Part shown: piece by piece, positions 22,825 to 35,800 of the stretch
Position numbering within the stretch: the first letter of the stretch is position 1
Layout of the letters: each line of letters begins with the position of its first letter
Source of the DNA: Raillietiella orientalis
Taxonomy: Eukaryota
DNA length: 64,000 nt
Direction of reading: 5' to 3'
NCBI GenBank assembly: GCA_036172245.1
Contig: JAYWIR010000021.1
Location: 1,984,001-2,048,000, forward strand
Translations under genes and position numbers: made by a program
The notes under the pieces: model-generated
What the model was told of the DNA's origin: nothing
What the model saw: only the letters and a program-made list of their open reading frames with translations
Databases searched by the model: none

Positions 22825-24230
22825 TTTTCACCCGGTCACGCCGGAGCGTTGATTGTAAAAAAAAAAATTTTCACAAAAAGAAAACCAGTCGTATATAAAA
22901 GATGAAAAAAGTGTCTTCCTTCGTGGCGGCTTCAAATGACCACTACGGAGGGAAATGTCTCGAAGGCGCTCTCTCGTGGGCAACAGCTCCTCCGATGAGG
23001 TCCGCACTGGAGAGGTAGAGGGGGAGGGTAAACAAGAACAAAAGAGAGAAAACACAAACGTTCAGTTTCAAAAAAGGTTGGAGAGGGAGGGAAGGGATAG
23101 CAGATTTCTCTCTGGTGTCTTCAACATCCTCTGGAGGATGTTGGCAACTTCCTCCTCCTTTTGCTGGCAGGGTGCGGCCATCTTCTCGCCGCCTTCCTCA
23201 TGAAGGAGCAGACGATCTGGATGACGTCACCGTTCGACCAGCCTCTTTTGGTGTGGCCTTTTCGCCCCCACGATCCCACGAAGACAGCCCGGGGCTGCAA
23301 GGGAGGAAGCTGCAGGCGACGTGGAGTCGCGAGCGAAGAGGCGCCGCAAGACCTCTCCGCCGCTGCCCGTCGGGAGCGGGAGGGCCGCACAGGAGCTCTC
23401 CCGGACACTCGGGAACGACACGATCCAGCAACACGTGCGGTGAAGGTTTCCCGTTCCCCGCACCTGGCGCAGTCCGAGGCCGCACTCCCCCCCCGTTTCA
23501 TAGTGGACTCGCGCGTTGCATGGGACCTGCGATGCCGAGTCCCGCCACTTCAGAGGAAGCGTGGAACTGTCCACAAACATCGGGGGTATTCCTGGCTCTT
23601 CAGGAGGAATGTTCAGGACTTGCACCCAGCGACGAACTTCTCTGGGGAGGGCGGCGGGGTATATGCGTCAGCCAGCGGGTGTCTCTTCCAGCATCCCAGC
23701 TGCTTCTTCTTTCCCGCGATCTCGTAGGAGACTTCCCATCTCGCGAGGCCATCGCTATCTTCCACTTTGTCGCATGGCGTCCAGCGTGGACGTAAGTGGG
23801 GTGTTCCGCGCCCAGGTGGCCTTCCGCGGGCAGTCCACGGCTTCCTGCAGCGAGCAGCGAGTCCTTGGGAAGGATGACCCAAGAAAATCAGCTTGGCGTG
23901 AAAGACAAGCAAGGGCCAAAGAGTGCAACAAACCAAGAAAGTGTATGACGTGTGACGTGCTTGAAAGAGGCGCGCCGGGAATCGATCGCTGATGGACTGA
24001 CGGCGAGGCGCAGAGTCCAGGCGACATTGAGAATTTTCCAACTGCTTCGTCCTGGAGAATCGCGACGGAAAGGAGGAAGATGGGGAAGATGCCTTCCGAA
24101 TGCCTTCCTTGCCAACGCCCAGCCAATGAGCGGCTCCAGCATCCCAGGTGCACACGAGCGGAGCACGAAATGCGGCTCTGAGACATGGTGGCTGCGGGAG
24201 AGTTCCTTCCCCCCTTTTTTTCTCGAAAGG
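22825..24230 (-). mobile_element. 5'-truncated LINE
   Basis: SDCARCGERETF (zf-RVT), ARRWPHP...VANILQRML; terminal CCGGCGTGACCGGG at 22831-22844. Confidence 0.7.
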
Positions 24231-24254
24231 TGTTAAAGACCGTTGAAAAGATGG

Positions 24255-24900
24255 ATTTTCACCTGAGTATGACGGGGCTATTTATAAATTAAATAAACAT
24301 TTACAATCTCTCTGGCTGGACCGGTGGTCCAATCCCGTCCTTATTTAATCTAACCTGCCACGTTGCCGGTTCTCAGACCGGTGAGGTGCACCACGGAAGC
24401 AGAGGGGAGGGGACGAACAAAAAGAAAAAGAAACATTTTTATGAACAAGCAAATATATCAATTTGGGGGACAGGGAGTTTGGAAAGGGATCGCGTTTAGC
24501 CGGGGGCGGTCCTCTGCATCTTTTGCAGGATGTTGGCAAGGTCTTGCTGTATGTTGTTGTCCATGTGGGGCCACTTTGTTGACGTCCTCACGAAACGGAC
24601 GGCGAATTGGATGGCACCTCTGTCGCTCGGCCCTCTTCTTGCGTCGCTCCAGTCAGCGATGATCCCACGCAGGCAGTAAGGAGCTGCTAGCGAGGCTTCC
24701 GGTAGGATTCGCCTCAGAAGGGAGTAGGTTTTAAAGCATTCCTGGAGTTGCTGCTGGTGGGATCCTAGGGCTGCTGCAAAGCGTTCCCAGAGGGACCGGA
24801 GGCCAAGTCCACTAGCATGTGCGAGAGGGATTCACGCTTCCCAGACCAGCCACAGTTGAGGTCCACACACCTCCGAGTTCAGTGATGATGGCGGGCTTTA
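24255..24900 (-). mobile_element. 5'-truncated LINE
   Basis: LNCGWSGKRESLSHMLVD...LWERFAAAL...KWPHMD...LANILQKMQRT plus T-rich 3' UTR. Confidence 0.7.
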
Positions 24901-25449
24901 CAAAGATGGAGGTTTCTTTCTGAAGGTCGAGCAGGAGCCATGAAAAGTGCCAGTTTTGCGATGGTGCCGAGCGGCGTATGATGTGGAATTGATGGATCTC
25001 CTATCGCCCTCATCTGCTGGAAGAAGGTCAAGTCCAGGAGATTCGCAGATGGCCAGTGAAGCTATACGGACAAGGAGACTTCCTCCAGGGGGGATGGCAT
25101 GCTTTCAGGACAGAAAAAGGATGCCAGATTTTCGTCTCAATGCATCCTTGGAACCAGATAGCATAAGCGACCAGCACAATCCTGGCGGCTCTTGGATTCC
25201 TGCTTTGGGATGCCGGGATGAAAACGCTACCCAGCGGAGTCTTTCGCAGCACAAGCCGCAGGGGAGAAACTTCTGCATTCAGAAGACTTGCATCTGTCCC
25301 CCGTGCAAAATACGACACCGTGAAGATAAATCGAGTGAAGTTCCGGGACTGAAAGTGCACGAAGGACAGACCTTTGGGAACGACCGGTCTCCGGGAAGAA
25401 GCCGAGAAGATTCGTCATAAGCTGTGGAGTCTTCTAGAAGGGTAACGAA

Positions 25450-26000
25450 GAAAACTCTTGGAACGCGGTCTTTTTGGGATATCAAGCACCCGCGCTCTCC
25501 TGGTCACCTTCCCCAACCCCTGACCTCGTCATCATCTGCGAAGGAAGTCCGTGCCACACACGCTCCCTGACTCCCGAACCACGCCTTCCGGCAGCGTCCC
25601 CGATGAGCTCCCGCTCTTTTCCCCCGGACAGTCCCGACCGAGCGCCTCCAACACGGGACCTCTCTCTCCAGGCATGTTTCCGTGAACTGACCGAGCTTGC
25701 GCTTCCGTATACAGCCCACGTGTACATAACTATCGATCCATAAAGGCTTCAAAACTATTCAAATGTAATCATCCCAATAATGGGAAGAGGATTGCCAAAC
25801 AAGGGGTTGATTTGGAGCGAGGCATCTCCTGAGTATTCATGCCGCGCATCTGAAATGAGGGAGCGGCTTCACCTGCAGATTTGATAATGGGGCGTGCCGT
25901 GTGATTTACATTCAGGATGGTGGGGCCCATCCTCCGTGATGCAGACTCCGGCAGCGATCCTTGATTTGCGCTTTCGAGCGGCCGTGCAGGCGGAAGGCCC
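25450..26000 (-). mobile_element. LINE reverse transcriptase remnant
   Basis: ARTSFADDDEV contains a (Y/F)ADD catalytic-type motif; upstream PTILNVNH resembles RPI.LLN.D; degenerate. Confidence 0.4.
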
Positions 26001-27859
26001 AAACGCGATTAAACTTGTGAACTTGTTTTTCCTCTCCCTCCCTTCCCTCTCCGCCGATCGCCGGGATTATAAAATGCCCACGTGACCGGGAAGGTGAAGC
26101 GAGCCGCCCGACAAGCAGATGCGAAATTCCGTGAAAAAGAAAAAAACCGTCCAATCAGCTTTCGCGCGCTTCCTGGCGGGGAGGGGGAGTGAAGAGGGGA
26201 AAAGGAGAAAAGAAACGAAAAAGAAAAAGAGTGAGGAGAGGGAGAGCATAGAACGTGCAGATATTCCGGTTCGGAATGGGCGCAAGACGGTGGGGAGGAA
26301 GGAGTACCTTGCCCCTCCGTGTGACCAGACTCGACCGCGGGTCGAGATGCAGATGCAAGCGGGCCCTCGCCCACGGGAGGCGGGAATTCGGGAGGAACCA
26401 CCGCCCCGGAACCGCGGAAATTCCGTCCGCGGGAGGCGATGCTGCGCAGGAGCGCTGGGGGCGCACGTCCGTGAAGACCCTGGAAAGAAATTATTCCCCA
26501 GGAGGCTTTCGAAAGTCCCTCTGAAGGCATCTCCCGTGCGCGCCGGGACATGGGAAGCGCGCGCGATCTCCCGACAAGGATGCCTTTTCCGGGAAGCATC
26601 CGATGGCGCGGTCGATGAGGGGGAGGAGGGGGAGGGAAGAGGTAGACAAGGATGGGTAGCAGCGCCGAAGGGTTTTTTCCCTGCTCGCATCCTGGCGCAG
26701 CGAGGATCGCCCACACGGCTACACGACTGACAAAGGATCCCGCCGCCTTCCGGGGTCCCCTGTCAGTCGTGCCCGGAGGCGTAGCAGGTAAAACAAGGAA
26801 TACTCTCTGCAGAGGCCAGGAAAAGTCGAGTTTTTTCCAAAGAAAAAAAAAATGGGAGAGGGTTGGGTTAACCTTTTCTTCACGGGACGATGTGAACCTA
26901 CAAACAGGCGGTCCATTTCTCGCGGAGAGCCTCTTGGGCTCCCGGAAGGAGCTTCATCTCTTCTCCTGAAGTAGAAGCACCGCGTGATGCTGCCGTCAGA
27001 TTGGGATCTTTTCTGCCCTCCCCGCAGGGCGAGGGGGAAGGAGGCCCGAACTGCCCCCGCACGCTCTTGCGGGCCGCGCAGGCGTCGCGGCCGTCCTCGT
27101 CCTCTGATGCGCAACAGCCCCGCTGCTCCCGGGGTCGCGCAGGGGCTGCGCCGGAGCTCCTCTTTGAGACCAGCGCGATGCCGCCTGCTGCAGCCATCTC
27201 AATCGACCAGTGAGTCTGCGGCACATTCCGTCTGGACGCCCTAAGCAGCAGCAGTGATCGCATTTCTGCCGAGATGAAAGTCCACTGTCTACAAGGACTT
27301 CCGCTCTGGCAGGAACTTCTTTCGTTCTTCTTTTGTCGCTTCAGACCAGAATAGCGCCAGCCCGAACGGGATTGGACCGGGCACTCGTGAGACTCCGGCG
27401 CTTGTAGCGATGGTCACTGCCCCCTGCCCAAACAGAAGGCCGTGCGCCTTCACCCACGTTGCGCCCTAGCACGACAGTGGCGCGCCACTCCCCGTCCAGG
27501 GACACACCGGTCCGCCGGCAAAGATTCGCCCGAGCAAGGTGACTTGTCTCTCTTCACGCAGCCTGATGTCAGCACTGGCGTCGGCGGAGCAGGTCAAGAG
27601 GAACCATCCCTCTCCGAACGATTCCTTCAGAGTGCGAAGCATTCGGTTCGAAGGGAAGGATGGGAAGCGGAGTTAGCATCCCCACTTCACACCCTGACCA
27701 GCTGTGGGTCCTCCTGGTCAAATAGGAGCCCGGTCGGGTAGAGGTGAAAGCGTTCCGGTAGAGGTCGCTCGCTACTTTCGGGGAGCCGCCCACCTCCGGG
27801 CGCTGCGCGGGACAGGTGAGAATTCCGCCGGAAACGGCGCCAGAAGTGTCGGTGCGATC

Positions 27860-28400
27860 ACAGGTGGCGCCTCCTGCCTCGTCCGGCCACCTCTGGGGGA
27901 CAGGACTTGCTCGTGCACCCATAAGGGGAGTGGAACCTCTTACGTTGATGACGCACCCTCACGATGCCCGTGGTCCATTGGAGCAGTGGTCCACCGGATG
28001 CAAATTTGCATGGAAACAGGTGAACGCAGTGAATCACCGATGCAGGTCCACCTCCAGTCGCGCGCCAAGCACCTTCCGGTGCAGAAGAGGCTGCAAGGAG
28101 AGCAACAGCTACGGAGACCTCCTTGGAACGTTCCCAGCGCGCCACACACGAAGAGGCGCCGCGCGCGGCTCTCCGGAGACAGCGGAATGCCGCCTGCCGC
28201 AGCCTTACGCAGGACACAGCGAGACGGGAACGCCGTTACCATGGCGAAGGAGGAAGAGACGGCCCAGACTGGTGGGTGGAGGGGCGCCGGCATCACGCAC
28301 AGGATGCAGAGGAACCCCGGGGTCTCCCTGACTCCCCACCTCTCCCTCAGCCCCACATGGAAAGTTTTTCTTTTTTTACTTTTTCGTTTGCTGCCCTTTC
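27860..28400 (+). mobile_element. Diverged LINE 3' fragment
   Basis: ICMETGERSES.MQVHL (decayed CCHC) and AGITHRMQRNPG, followed by a T-rich UTR. Confidence 0.55.
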
Positions 28401-29657
28401 TCTTCCCTCCCCGAGGCGGACCTCAGTCCTGTCATCCGCCGTTCTTCGGACTGTTCCAGGAACGAATGACCTGTTCTGTACTGTTCCAAGTTCCTGGAAA
28501 TGGCCTGGCTTGACCGGGCATCGTTGCACGTCTCTGCCAGGCAGAAACGCTTCGTAAAAATCACGACTTCGTGGTCGCGCCCCTCTGGTCCTATTCCGAG
28601 CATGTAGGGGACCCATTTCTCTGACTACGAGGACCTCGCGTGAGCGCACCCGAACTTGCAGAGAAGCAGAACCCTTCTCCCGAAGAACAGAAAGATCCCG
28701 GAGACCGCCCGTGCGCTACCACAACCGATCCGCCTGTCGTCTACGCCAGGAAAGCGCTACCACGTGGACGGCACGCCGTTCGGCGTCCTCGCGCTCCGCG
28801 CGGGACGGCTGAGAGAGCGTCCTTGACATGGGAGGCACGCGCCGCCGCCGCCCACCACGTGGACTCAGAAGCCAACTAGAGACGGCACGTGGTTTCTCCA
28901 CTCCGTTCTGAAATGTGGACGGCTGCCGGGGTATCCGAGGCGCCGTCCCGACACCTTCCCGCCTACGCGAAGAGTGAAGAAACACCTGAAAGTGAGCGAG
29001 AAGACCACGGGGACCGAGTGAGCCTCACTGGTGAAAGGGAGAAAAGGGGATCCTACAGGACGACGGCATGTCCCGAACGGGGGAAAGAAGCTCTCCTCTT
29101 CTGGTCTTCGTCGCCGTCGGGAACTTCCGTTGCAGAGAGCGAGGCTTTCGAAAAATGTCGCTTTCGGGGCTTTCCCTTTCGCGAGAACGATCAACGACAA
29201 GGGCTGCAGGGGTCAGACGCGTTTGACCTGAGGAACACGAACGCGTTCCGCTGATGAGAGGGTTCCTGCGGCAGGACCACTCTCGTAAGACACGTCCAAG
29301 ACCAGCCCGACGGGCCAGCGGGACTGCAGGGACCTTTTCGCCGTTGCTCTCTTCGTTACGGCAGAAAGCGCGAAGACTCTTCGGCAGACGGCTGACCTTG
29401 TCGAGTTTGTGGGGCTCACCGCACCACCTAAAGCAGGACGACGACTTTCGCAGCGCTCAACGCCGCCTTTCGGAAGATTTGAACTCAGGCACGCTATAAG
29501 TTTAAGGTCAAGGACGACGGAATGCAAAGGTACAACAAGTAGACGAGAGGTTTGGGTAAATTGAATTTGCATGAAAATGCTGCAAGAAAACGAGCATGAA
29601 CTTTTATAACATGCGTTAGAGCGTATGTATGTACCTATGTGTGTATGTATGCATGTA

Positions 29658-30016
29658 CAGTGGTACCTCGGTACCCGTCGGTAATTCGTTCCGGAACTCG
29701 CGACGAGTGCCGAAACCGACGAGTACCGAGCGATTTCCTTTCGTGGTATCGTTTTCAACCGTTTTAAAAGCCATGATTAACCCTTAAAATGCACAGAAAG
29801 CACACAAAAAAGGGAACGATTCGGGAGGCACTCCACGGAAGTGTTTGGCAGTTTGCGAGCTTCTGTGAGACGAAAGCGTTTACTCGTTTCACCATGAAAG
29901 TGGGGTGTCGAGTTTCGAGCACACGTCGAGTGTCGAAACATTTTTCCGTCGTCGAAATGCGACGAGTACCGCCTTTAACGAGTTCCGACACCGTCGAGTA
30001 CAGTACAGTACCACTG
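29658..30016. mobile_element. Tc1/mariner-pogo (Tigger-like) MITE
   Basis: TA|CAGTGGTAC ... GTACCACTG|TA terminal inverted repeat with TA TSD; internal repeated CGACGAGTACCG-like motifs; no ORF. Confidence 0.75.
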
Positions 30017-30184
30017 TACATATATGTTACGGCTCAAGTGATTAATCAGTTTACACTAATAATTACCGACTACTATTAATAATGACCGAATAAAAAGGTC
30101 ACGATGAATAATTTATAAGGATTTATCACGTGAACCGGTAATCATTAGTAATTCACAACTATCAATGGTAATAATTTTCCATAC

Positions 30185-30390
30185 GTCAAGTGCGAGGCTC
30201 AAGGGGAGGGGGGGGCAGGAAAGTACCACGTGGGTATCCCCCCTTCCCCCCGGCGAAAAAGGTGAATTCTCGGTGTGCTATCGAGTTGGCTGTAAAGGCT
30301 GTACACGCCGCTTGCCAGTGATGGAAATCCCGTGGGTTCTTCCTTCTCTCTGTCTTCGCTGTTTTCCTTCCAGCCTCTCTTTCCTTTAGG
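30185..30390 (-). mobile_element. Tail fragment of the SINE-like repeat inside the Ginger element
   Basis: AGGCTGGAAGGAAAACAGCGAAGACAGA...GAACCC..GGATTTCCATCA ... CTCCCCTTGAGCCTCGCACTTGAC matches the tails at 7690-7750, 18120-18220 and 575-675. Confidence 0.6.
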
Positions 30391-30413
30391 AGTCGTCAAG
30401 TCAGAAACCGGTA

Positions 30414-31181
30414 GTGGAGGAGGTGCCGAGATCAATCCACGAAAAGATGAGTCGAACGGGGACGCTCGCACCTCAGGGAATCATCCCGAAGGAGGATCTT
30501 GGCAATGAGGAAGCAGAAATAGATGATTCGAGAGAAGACTTGCGGTTACTAACCGTGGGAGATGCAAGAAAAAATGGAAATGAGAGCGTTGGCCAAATCA
30601 AAGACGAACAGCATTCTCCTGAAATAGAACGGACCGATGAGAAAGATGACAAAGTAAAAGACGCTGCTGACGTTGAATTGGAAAATGGTGGAAGAATAGA
30701 AAACAAGGAAGATTCTTCTTCTTCTTCTTCTTCTGCACTCATCGAGATCCCCGAAATGACTCCAGAAGCTCGAAAAACTCCGCTGAGCGGCCACCGAGAA
30801 GGGAAGCTGAAAGAGTGTTTCGGCTTTCGAAGACCGAAACGCCCCATTGCGGATGCAGGGGAAAGCGTCCGGATGGGGACTCCAGATGCAGATAGGGCGA
30901 AAGCCGGCGACCGGAATATCATGGCCGTCGTGGTGTCCGTTGGAAACGGAAACTTGTACAAACTCGGCAGAACACGTTTTGAGCCACCTCTGTACAAGGG
31001 ACGAATGTACCGTCTGCAAGGGAACTTTCATTTCAGCTCATGAAGAAAATGTGCTCCCGAGAATTCTTCTAATTTAGGTAGCCAAGGATCCCCATATTGC
31101 AATTGTACGGGCTGTTGGGACTCAAATCGCCGCCAACGCAATTCCAAATGCCACAAAGGTTCTTTTTGCAAAACCAAATAG
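30414..31181 (+). pseudogene. C-terminal remnant of Ginger/KRBA2-like integrase-transposase
   Basis: ESVRMGTPDADRAKAGDRNIMAVVVSVGNGNLYKLG and, after frameshifts, GSQGSPYCNCTGC...NSKCHKGSFCKTK*, resembling the C-terminus I recall for KRBA2/SCAND3-like transposases; no DDE core seen. Confidence 0.65.
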
Positions 31182-31462
31182 TTCGTTTGTAACCATGTAA
31201 TGGCGTAAAATTCTTGTCTTGTATAATTTGTATGTCACGATTTTATAAAAATCTTGTCGTAAGTCTCCTTTTTCCTTTTTTTGATCTTTCAAGAACTTCT
31301 TTGTATAATGTATTTTTTATTAAATTTACCAGGCTTCACTGGTAATTACGAATATTTACCGGCAAATGTAGTTATTACGTGCTAGTATGCACTCGGACCT
31401 TTTTATTTGGTTATTATTAATAATAGCCGGTAACTATTAATACTAACCGGATTTATTACATG

Positions 31463-31466
<4 letters not shown>

Positions 31467-31502
<36 letters not shown>
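31467..31502. repeat. (TA)18 microsatellite
   Basis: Directly visible, abutting the right TIR of the Ginger element. Confidence 0.95.
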
Positions 31503-31506
<4 letters not shown>

Positions 31507-32825
31507 GGGAAAAGTAGGTAACGCCTGCTCTCTCGAACACCTGTGCACGACGTTGAGGGTGTCCCCTGGGCATTCGTGGGAAGACGCTTGGGCGGAACGC
31601 AGGGAAAGCAGGAGCGAACCCGATGACGTCACGGCACCTCCGACTCCTTTCGGAACGGGCGCGGCAGGGAGTTCCATCATCCGTTCGCTTTCGCACCGGA
31701 GTGGCGCATCCTCCTCCGTCGAGACGAGCCACGGAGCGATGATGGGCCGAAGGGCCTTCCTTCCTGGGAGCACTTGCCACCCAACAAGAGGAGGAAGGGG
31801 CTTCCCTGCTGCTCGCAGGGAGACGCAGGAGGTGCCCTCCGCTGCCTGGCATCGCCTTCCTCAGCAGACCCTGGCGGAAGCCGCTGGAAAGGGAGGGGGA
31901 GATGGGCGTCGCACGTGACCGTGCTTTTCTCCCTCCGATTCCGTGGAGAGATACAGAATCAAAAATCGACTGCTGCAAAGGAGAAAAAAAAAAAAAAGGA
32001 ACACACGGACCCTGTTTCCCTGTTACTCTTTATTGCTTCCCACTTTTCCAGTGATGATTAAAATTCCAACGGTCCTCGGCAGCACAAAGGATGCTTCCAG
32101 CCCAACGCGGCTGTCCAGCTCTGAAATCCTCCTCCTGGAGGGGAAAACCTCGACCCGCTCGTTTTCGTACACTTTCCCCGGGCAGACGGATGCCGTTCAC
32201 AGCTCAGCTTGATGACGACCCGAAATGGTCGATTCCGGAGCAAACGGACTGAGTGAGTGCGTCTTTCAGCGAAACGCAGCATCCCCGGGCGCGCGGACAA
32301 AGATGCGAAATATGGTGCGTGTTCCGACCCCGCTCGGAGCAGGACAGGCGCACATTCACTGCAGGATTGATTTCGGGAGCACACGCCTCACGAATAATAA
32401 ATAAAACAGGAGGTTTTCTTGCTCTCTGGAACTTCCCTCATCAACACAAGAAAGGAATGCAATTTGACTTCGGAAATCCACCGGATGCTCGTCTTTCTGC
32501 GTTCTAAGCAGCAGTAAAGACCACTGTTACGAACATGGGGAACTCAATTTGGGACATGTCATTCTGTTAAGTGTTTAATGACCGTACAAACATTAGAAAC
32601 GAGGCGATGAGCACTTTATGATACTGAAGAAGAAGTTCATTTCCGCCCGGCACACGTACTCCGCACAAAGTGGAAATTAAGACCCCATTGATCCAGGATT
32701 GATGATCCATTAAAAACCACCGAGCAGACGAGCTCTCTGTGACAATAATTGAGATGAAATCTCAGAAAGACATGAAATGGCTTATGGCCGCCGAGCACTT
32801 GCGAAGGATGGGCTCCCCACAGGTT

Positions 32826-35800
32826 TCAAAGGCCGTCCAAGCTCTGCAACAGATCCCTCATTTTGATATTTCTTCGTACGGCGCTGCTGTAGCCTTCCTT
32901 GAAATGGAACCAAACGCCGCTGTCCCCGGCATCCTCCCCTGGAAAAACGAAACGGCAAGTCCATCGGGAGCAATCAACTCGAACTGTCACGAAAATGTGC
33001 CACGCCCAAATTGCTCGTTAGCCGTGCGCCACCAGCTCTGACGATGAGCAGGCGCAAAGAGATGAGCGACATCTGAACCCGGACCGCTGCAAAGAAGGGG
33101 GCGACTCCCGAAACGCATCCCGAACCTCAGATCGGATCGAAGACCCCGGATCTCTTGATGACCGGAAGACAGGTCGTGCTTAGTCAACGGACGCCTGGCG
33201 CTCGTTCCGACGAAAAGCGCCTCCTCGGTTTTCGGATTCCGACAAAAGTGACGACCTGCTCCTTTCGCGGACGCCCGACGGCACCCATTTTTCTAACAAA
33301 TCACGAGGGTGTGACCCATAAAGAGCCCAATAAAGCGTGTTACTTGTACTGTTTTCGGTACGAGAGCGAACAAGCAATGGAGGCGTCCGAACCAAGTTGC
33401 AGTAGCACACCGCCAAACCCAAGGCTGTGGGGACACCGCACCCGTGTACACCAGTTTGCAGAACATGCTCCGAATGTGTGCTTCCTTCTCCTCTTCTTTC
33501 GTCTTCGTTAACAGACCCTGCAGCGGAACGACCCTCTCGAACAAAAACAGGCAAACCGGGAGAACCGTTCCTGCGTGATCCGGGTAATCACACACACTGA
33601 CAGGAGAGAAAACTTTGCGGAAGTGACGAACCTCACCGGAACTGCGGGCGAAAGACGTCGCCGAAGACGTTGGCCACGGGAAAGAAGAAAACCTCGTCTC
33701 TAGGGAGTTGGGACAGAGAGGCGCGGCATCCCCACAGATCTGCGCGCCAACAAAAGGCGAGAGAAGAAACCCATGCCGGAGAAATCCTGAACAAATCAGA
33801 GGTACAGAAGCTGCGGGAATTCGTGCGTGTCAGAGGAGTTGATACGGGAATTGGACACACCGCTTATGGGATATGAGATGAAGAACAGGGCAACGACACA
33901 GGATTCGGTAACCAACGGTATGCGCTGCATCATCTTGAAGCCTTGGAGACCGATCGCAAATGGGATGATCTCGTTGCACGTGGGAAATACGAGTGAATAC
34001 CCCCAAACTGAGGGTGCGAAACGGAGCAAGGGGTCCCTGCCGAAGATCCTTTCACAAACGCAGGGAACACTAGGGGAAGACGGAACGAACAACCACTCGG
34101 CTTAGCCCTAGATAAGCTGTTCCAGGCCTCGTACCAGAAACCTACACACGGAGAAAAGTGCAAGAGGAGAACCATTCAGCTTTTGGAAAGTTGTGCGAAA
34201 TTTGGGTTGCACCGCGCTCCTGCCAAAAAGAAATTTGCGTGCCAATTGGTGGACTTCACAGCAGCAGCTGCGCCTGCATTTGAATAGCACGCTGGCAAGC
34301 AAACAGGGTTTCTTCACAATGCTTTGCGCAAGAGCTCAGTCTGAGGTGAGTCATCTGAGAGGGTTAACCGGAACCATCAAAAGACACGGAAAACGTGCAT
34401 TAGCAACACAGAGCGCAAAAGGGATCAGAAGGAGGCACGTGACTGACAGGAGCACCGGAAAGCGGGAGGGAACACGCCGACCGGGCTGCACCAAAAGTCA
34501 CAGAACGCTAACTGGTTCCCCGCCACTTCCTTCGAAGCAGGGGGGCCACCCGGAAACCACCATCCCATTCGAAAATCAAAGCGGAATTCGAAGATCGATG
34601 TTGTTTGCACGGTCAGTCGCTGGAGCTCAACCAATTTCCAGGAATCATAAATCTCATAGAGAACACATTTAACACTCTCTCTCTCTCTCTCTCGTTATAG
34701 CAGAAGAGTGCTTTTGGCATGCATCTGTTATGCAAACGAGAACCGATCCTTTGAACTGCTTCCTGCGATGGAAATCATCGAAAGAAAACGTTCAAAGATG
34801 GCATGAGGGCATCTAAGCAGAAAAGGGCTTTAAATTGCGAGCCCGAACCCTCCAAAGTGAATTCGATCGCGGAATCCGGGAGAAAAATTCCCGTCCACTC
34901 GGCAACGGGAAAGGGCACACGCAGACGCGTCATTCGCGCAGGTGACGTCCAGAACCGCCCTCATCATCCCGTTTGGTGGATTTCACTTCCCGGCGCCATC
35001 GTGGAAACCGGATGGCGCGCGCTACACTTTCTGAGCGCGACACCCACACGTGGGTGCAGCGTTCAGGGACAAGGAGCCCTTAAGCAGGAAGGCAAAACAC
35101 AGATGCACAATTACCTTGCAAGTTCGGTTCCTGGTGTGACACGCAGCTGGGGTCCTTTCGGAAGAAGATTTTCATCTGGAAAGCAAAAGCAGAAGAGTGC
35201 AAGGTTTCTTCCTCGCCTTGGAAACGTCTCGATTCGGCATCGCCGCGGTTTTCCTGGAATCTCCCCACCGCAGGGGCAAAAAAAACATGCAAATAAGGCC
35301 ACCGCACAAGTCCACGAGAGACGACTTGTCTTTCGAGTTACCTCGGCTCGCATCACACCCTAATTTTCATCTGGAGCACTGGGCAATCACCGAAATTGGT
35401 CAATTTCCTCTGAGAAAGGGATCGCCACAATGGGAAGGGCCCCGCTTGTACGTTTGGAAGTCACCCATTCGTAAAAAACAAAAAGACACAGCCAACTACT
35501 AGGCCGCTGAGCTCGCGAACAAAGGTAATAATAATAATAATGATAATAGCGAGCAAGCAAGGTGACGATTAATTAAAGTCTTGCGAGAGAGATTTCAAAC
35601 GGACGGATCCGGGAAAGTTCCGACCCGAGAACGAAGGTACGATTCCTCTTCAGGAACCACTCGGGAAAAATTGGGAAAAGGGGGAGGGAAACAGCCTTCT
35701 TCGGATGCATAAAGCCCCGCATCCTCTTATTTGCCTTGAAAACGGTGCGGTTGCAAGAATTTGGGGGAACGAAAGAGCTCCCGGCATGCACACGGACACG

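Larger units (their letters stand above)
30025..31466 (+). mobile_element. Internally deleted Ginger2/KRBA2-SCAND3-like DNA transposon
   Basis: TGTT...AACA termini, imperfect TIRs of ~70 bp or more (TATTAATAATGACCGAATAAAAAGGTC vs reverse complement TATTAATAATAACCAAATAAAAAGGTC), TATA on both flanks, internal transposase C-terminal remnant. Confidence 0.75.

Noticed and set aside
29251..29295. Hammerhead-ribozyme-like CTGATGA followed by a hairpin
   Set aside because: The hairpin is followed by GTAA rather than GAAA, and I could not form stems I/III with an NUH cleavage site
32739..33041. 100-aa plus-strand ORF
   Set aside because: It overlaps the conserved CHTF18 terminal exon on the opposite strand and has no independent support
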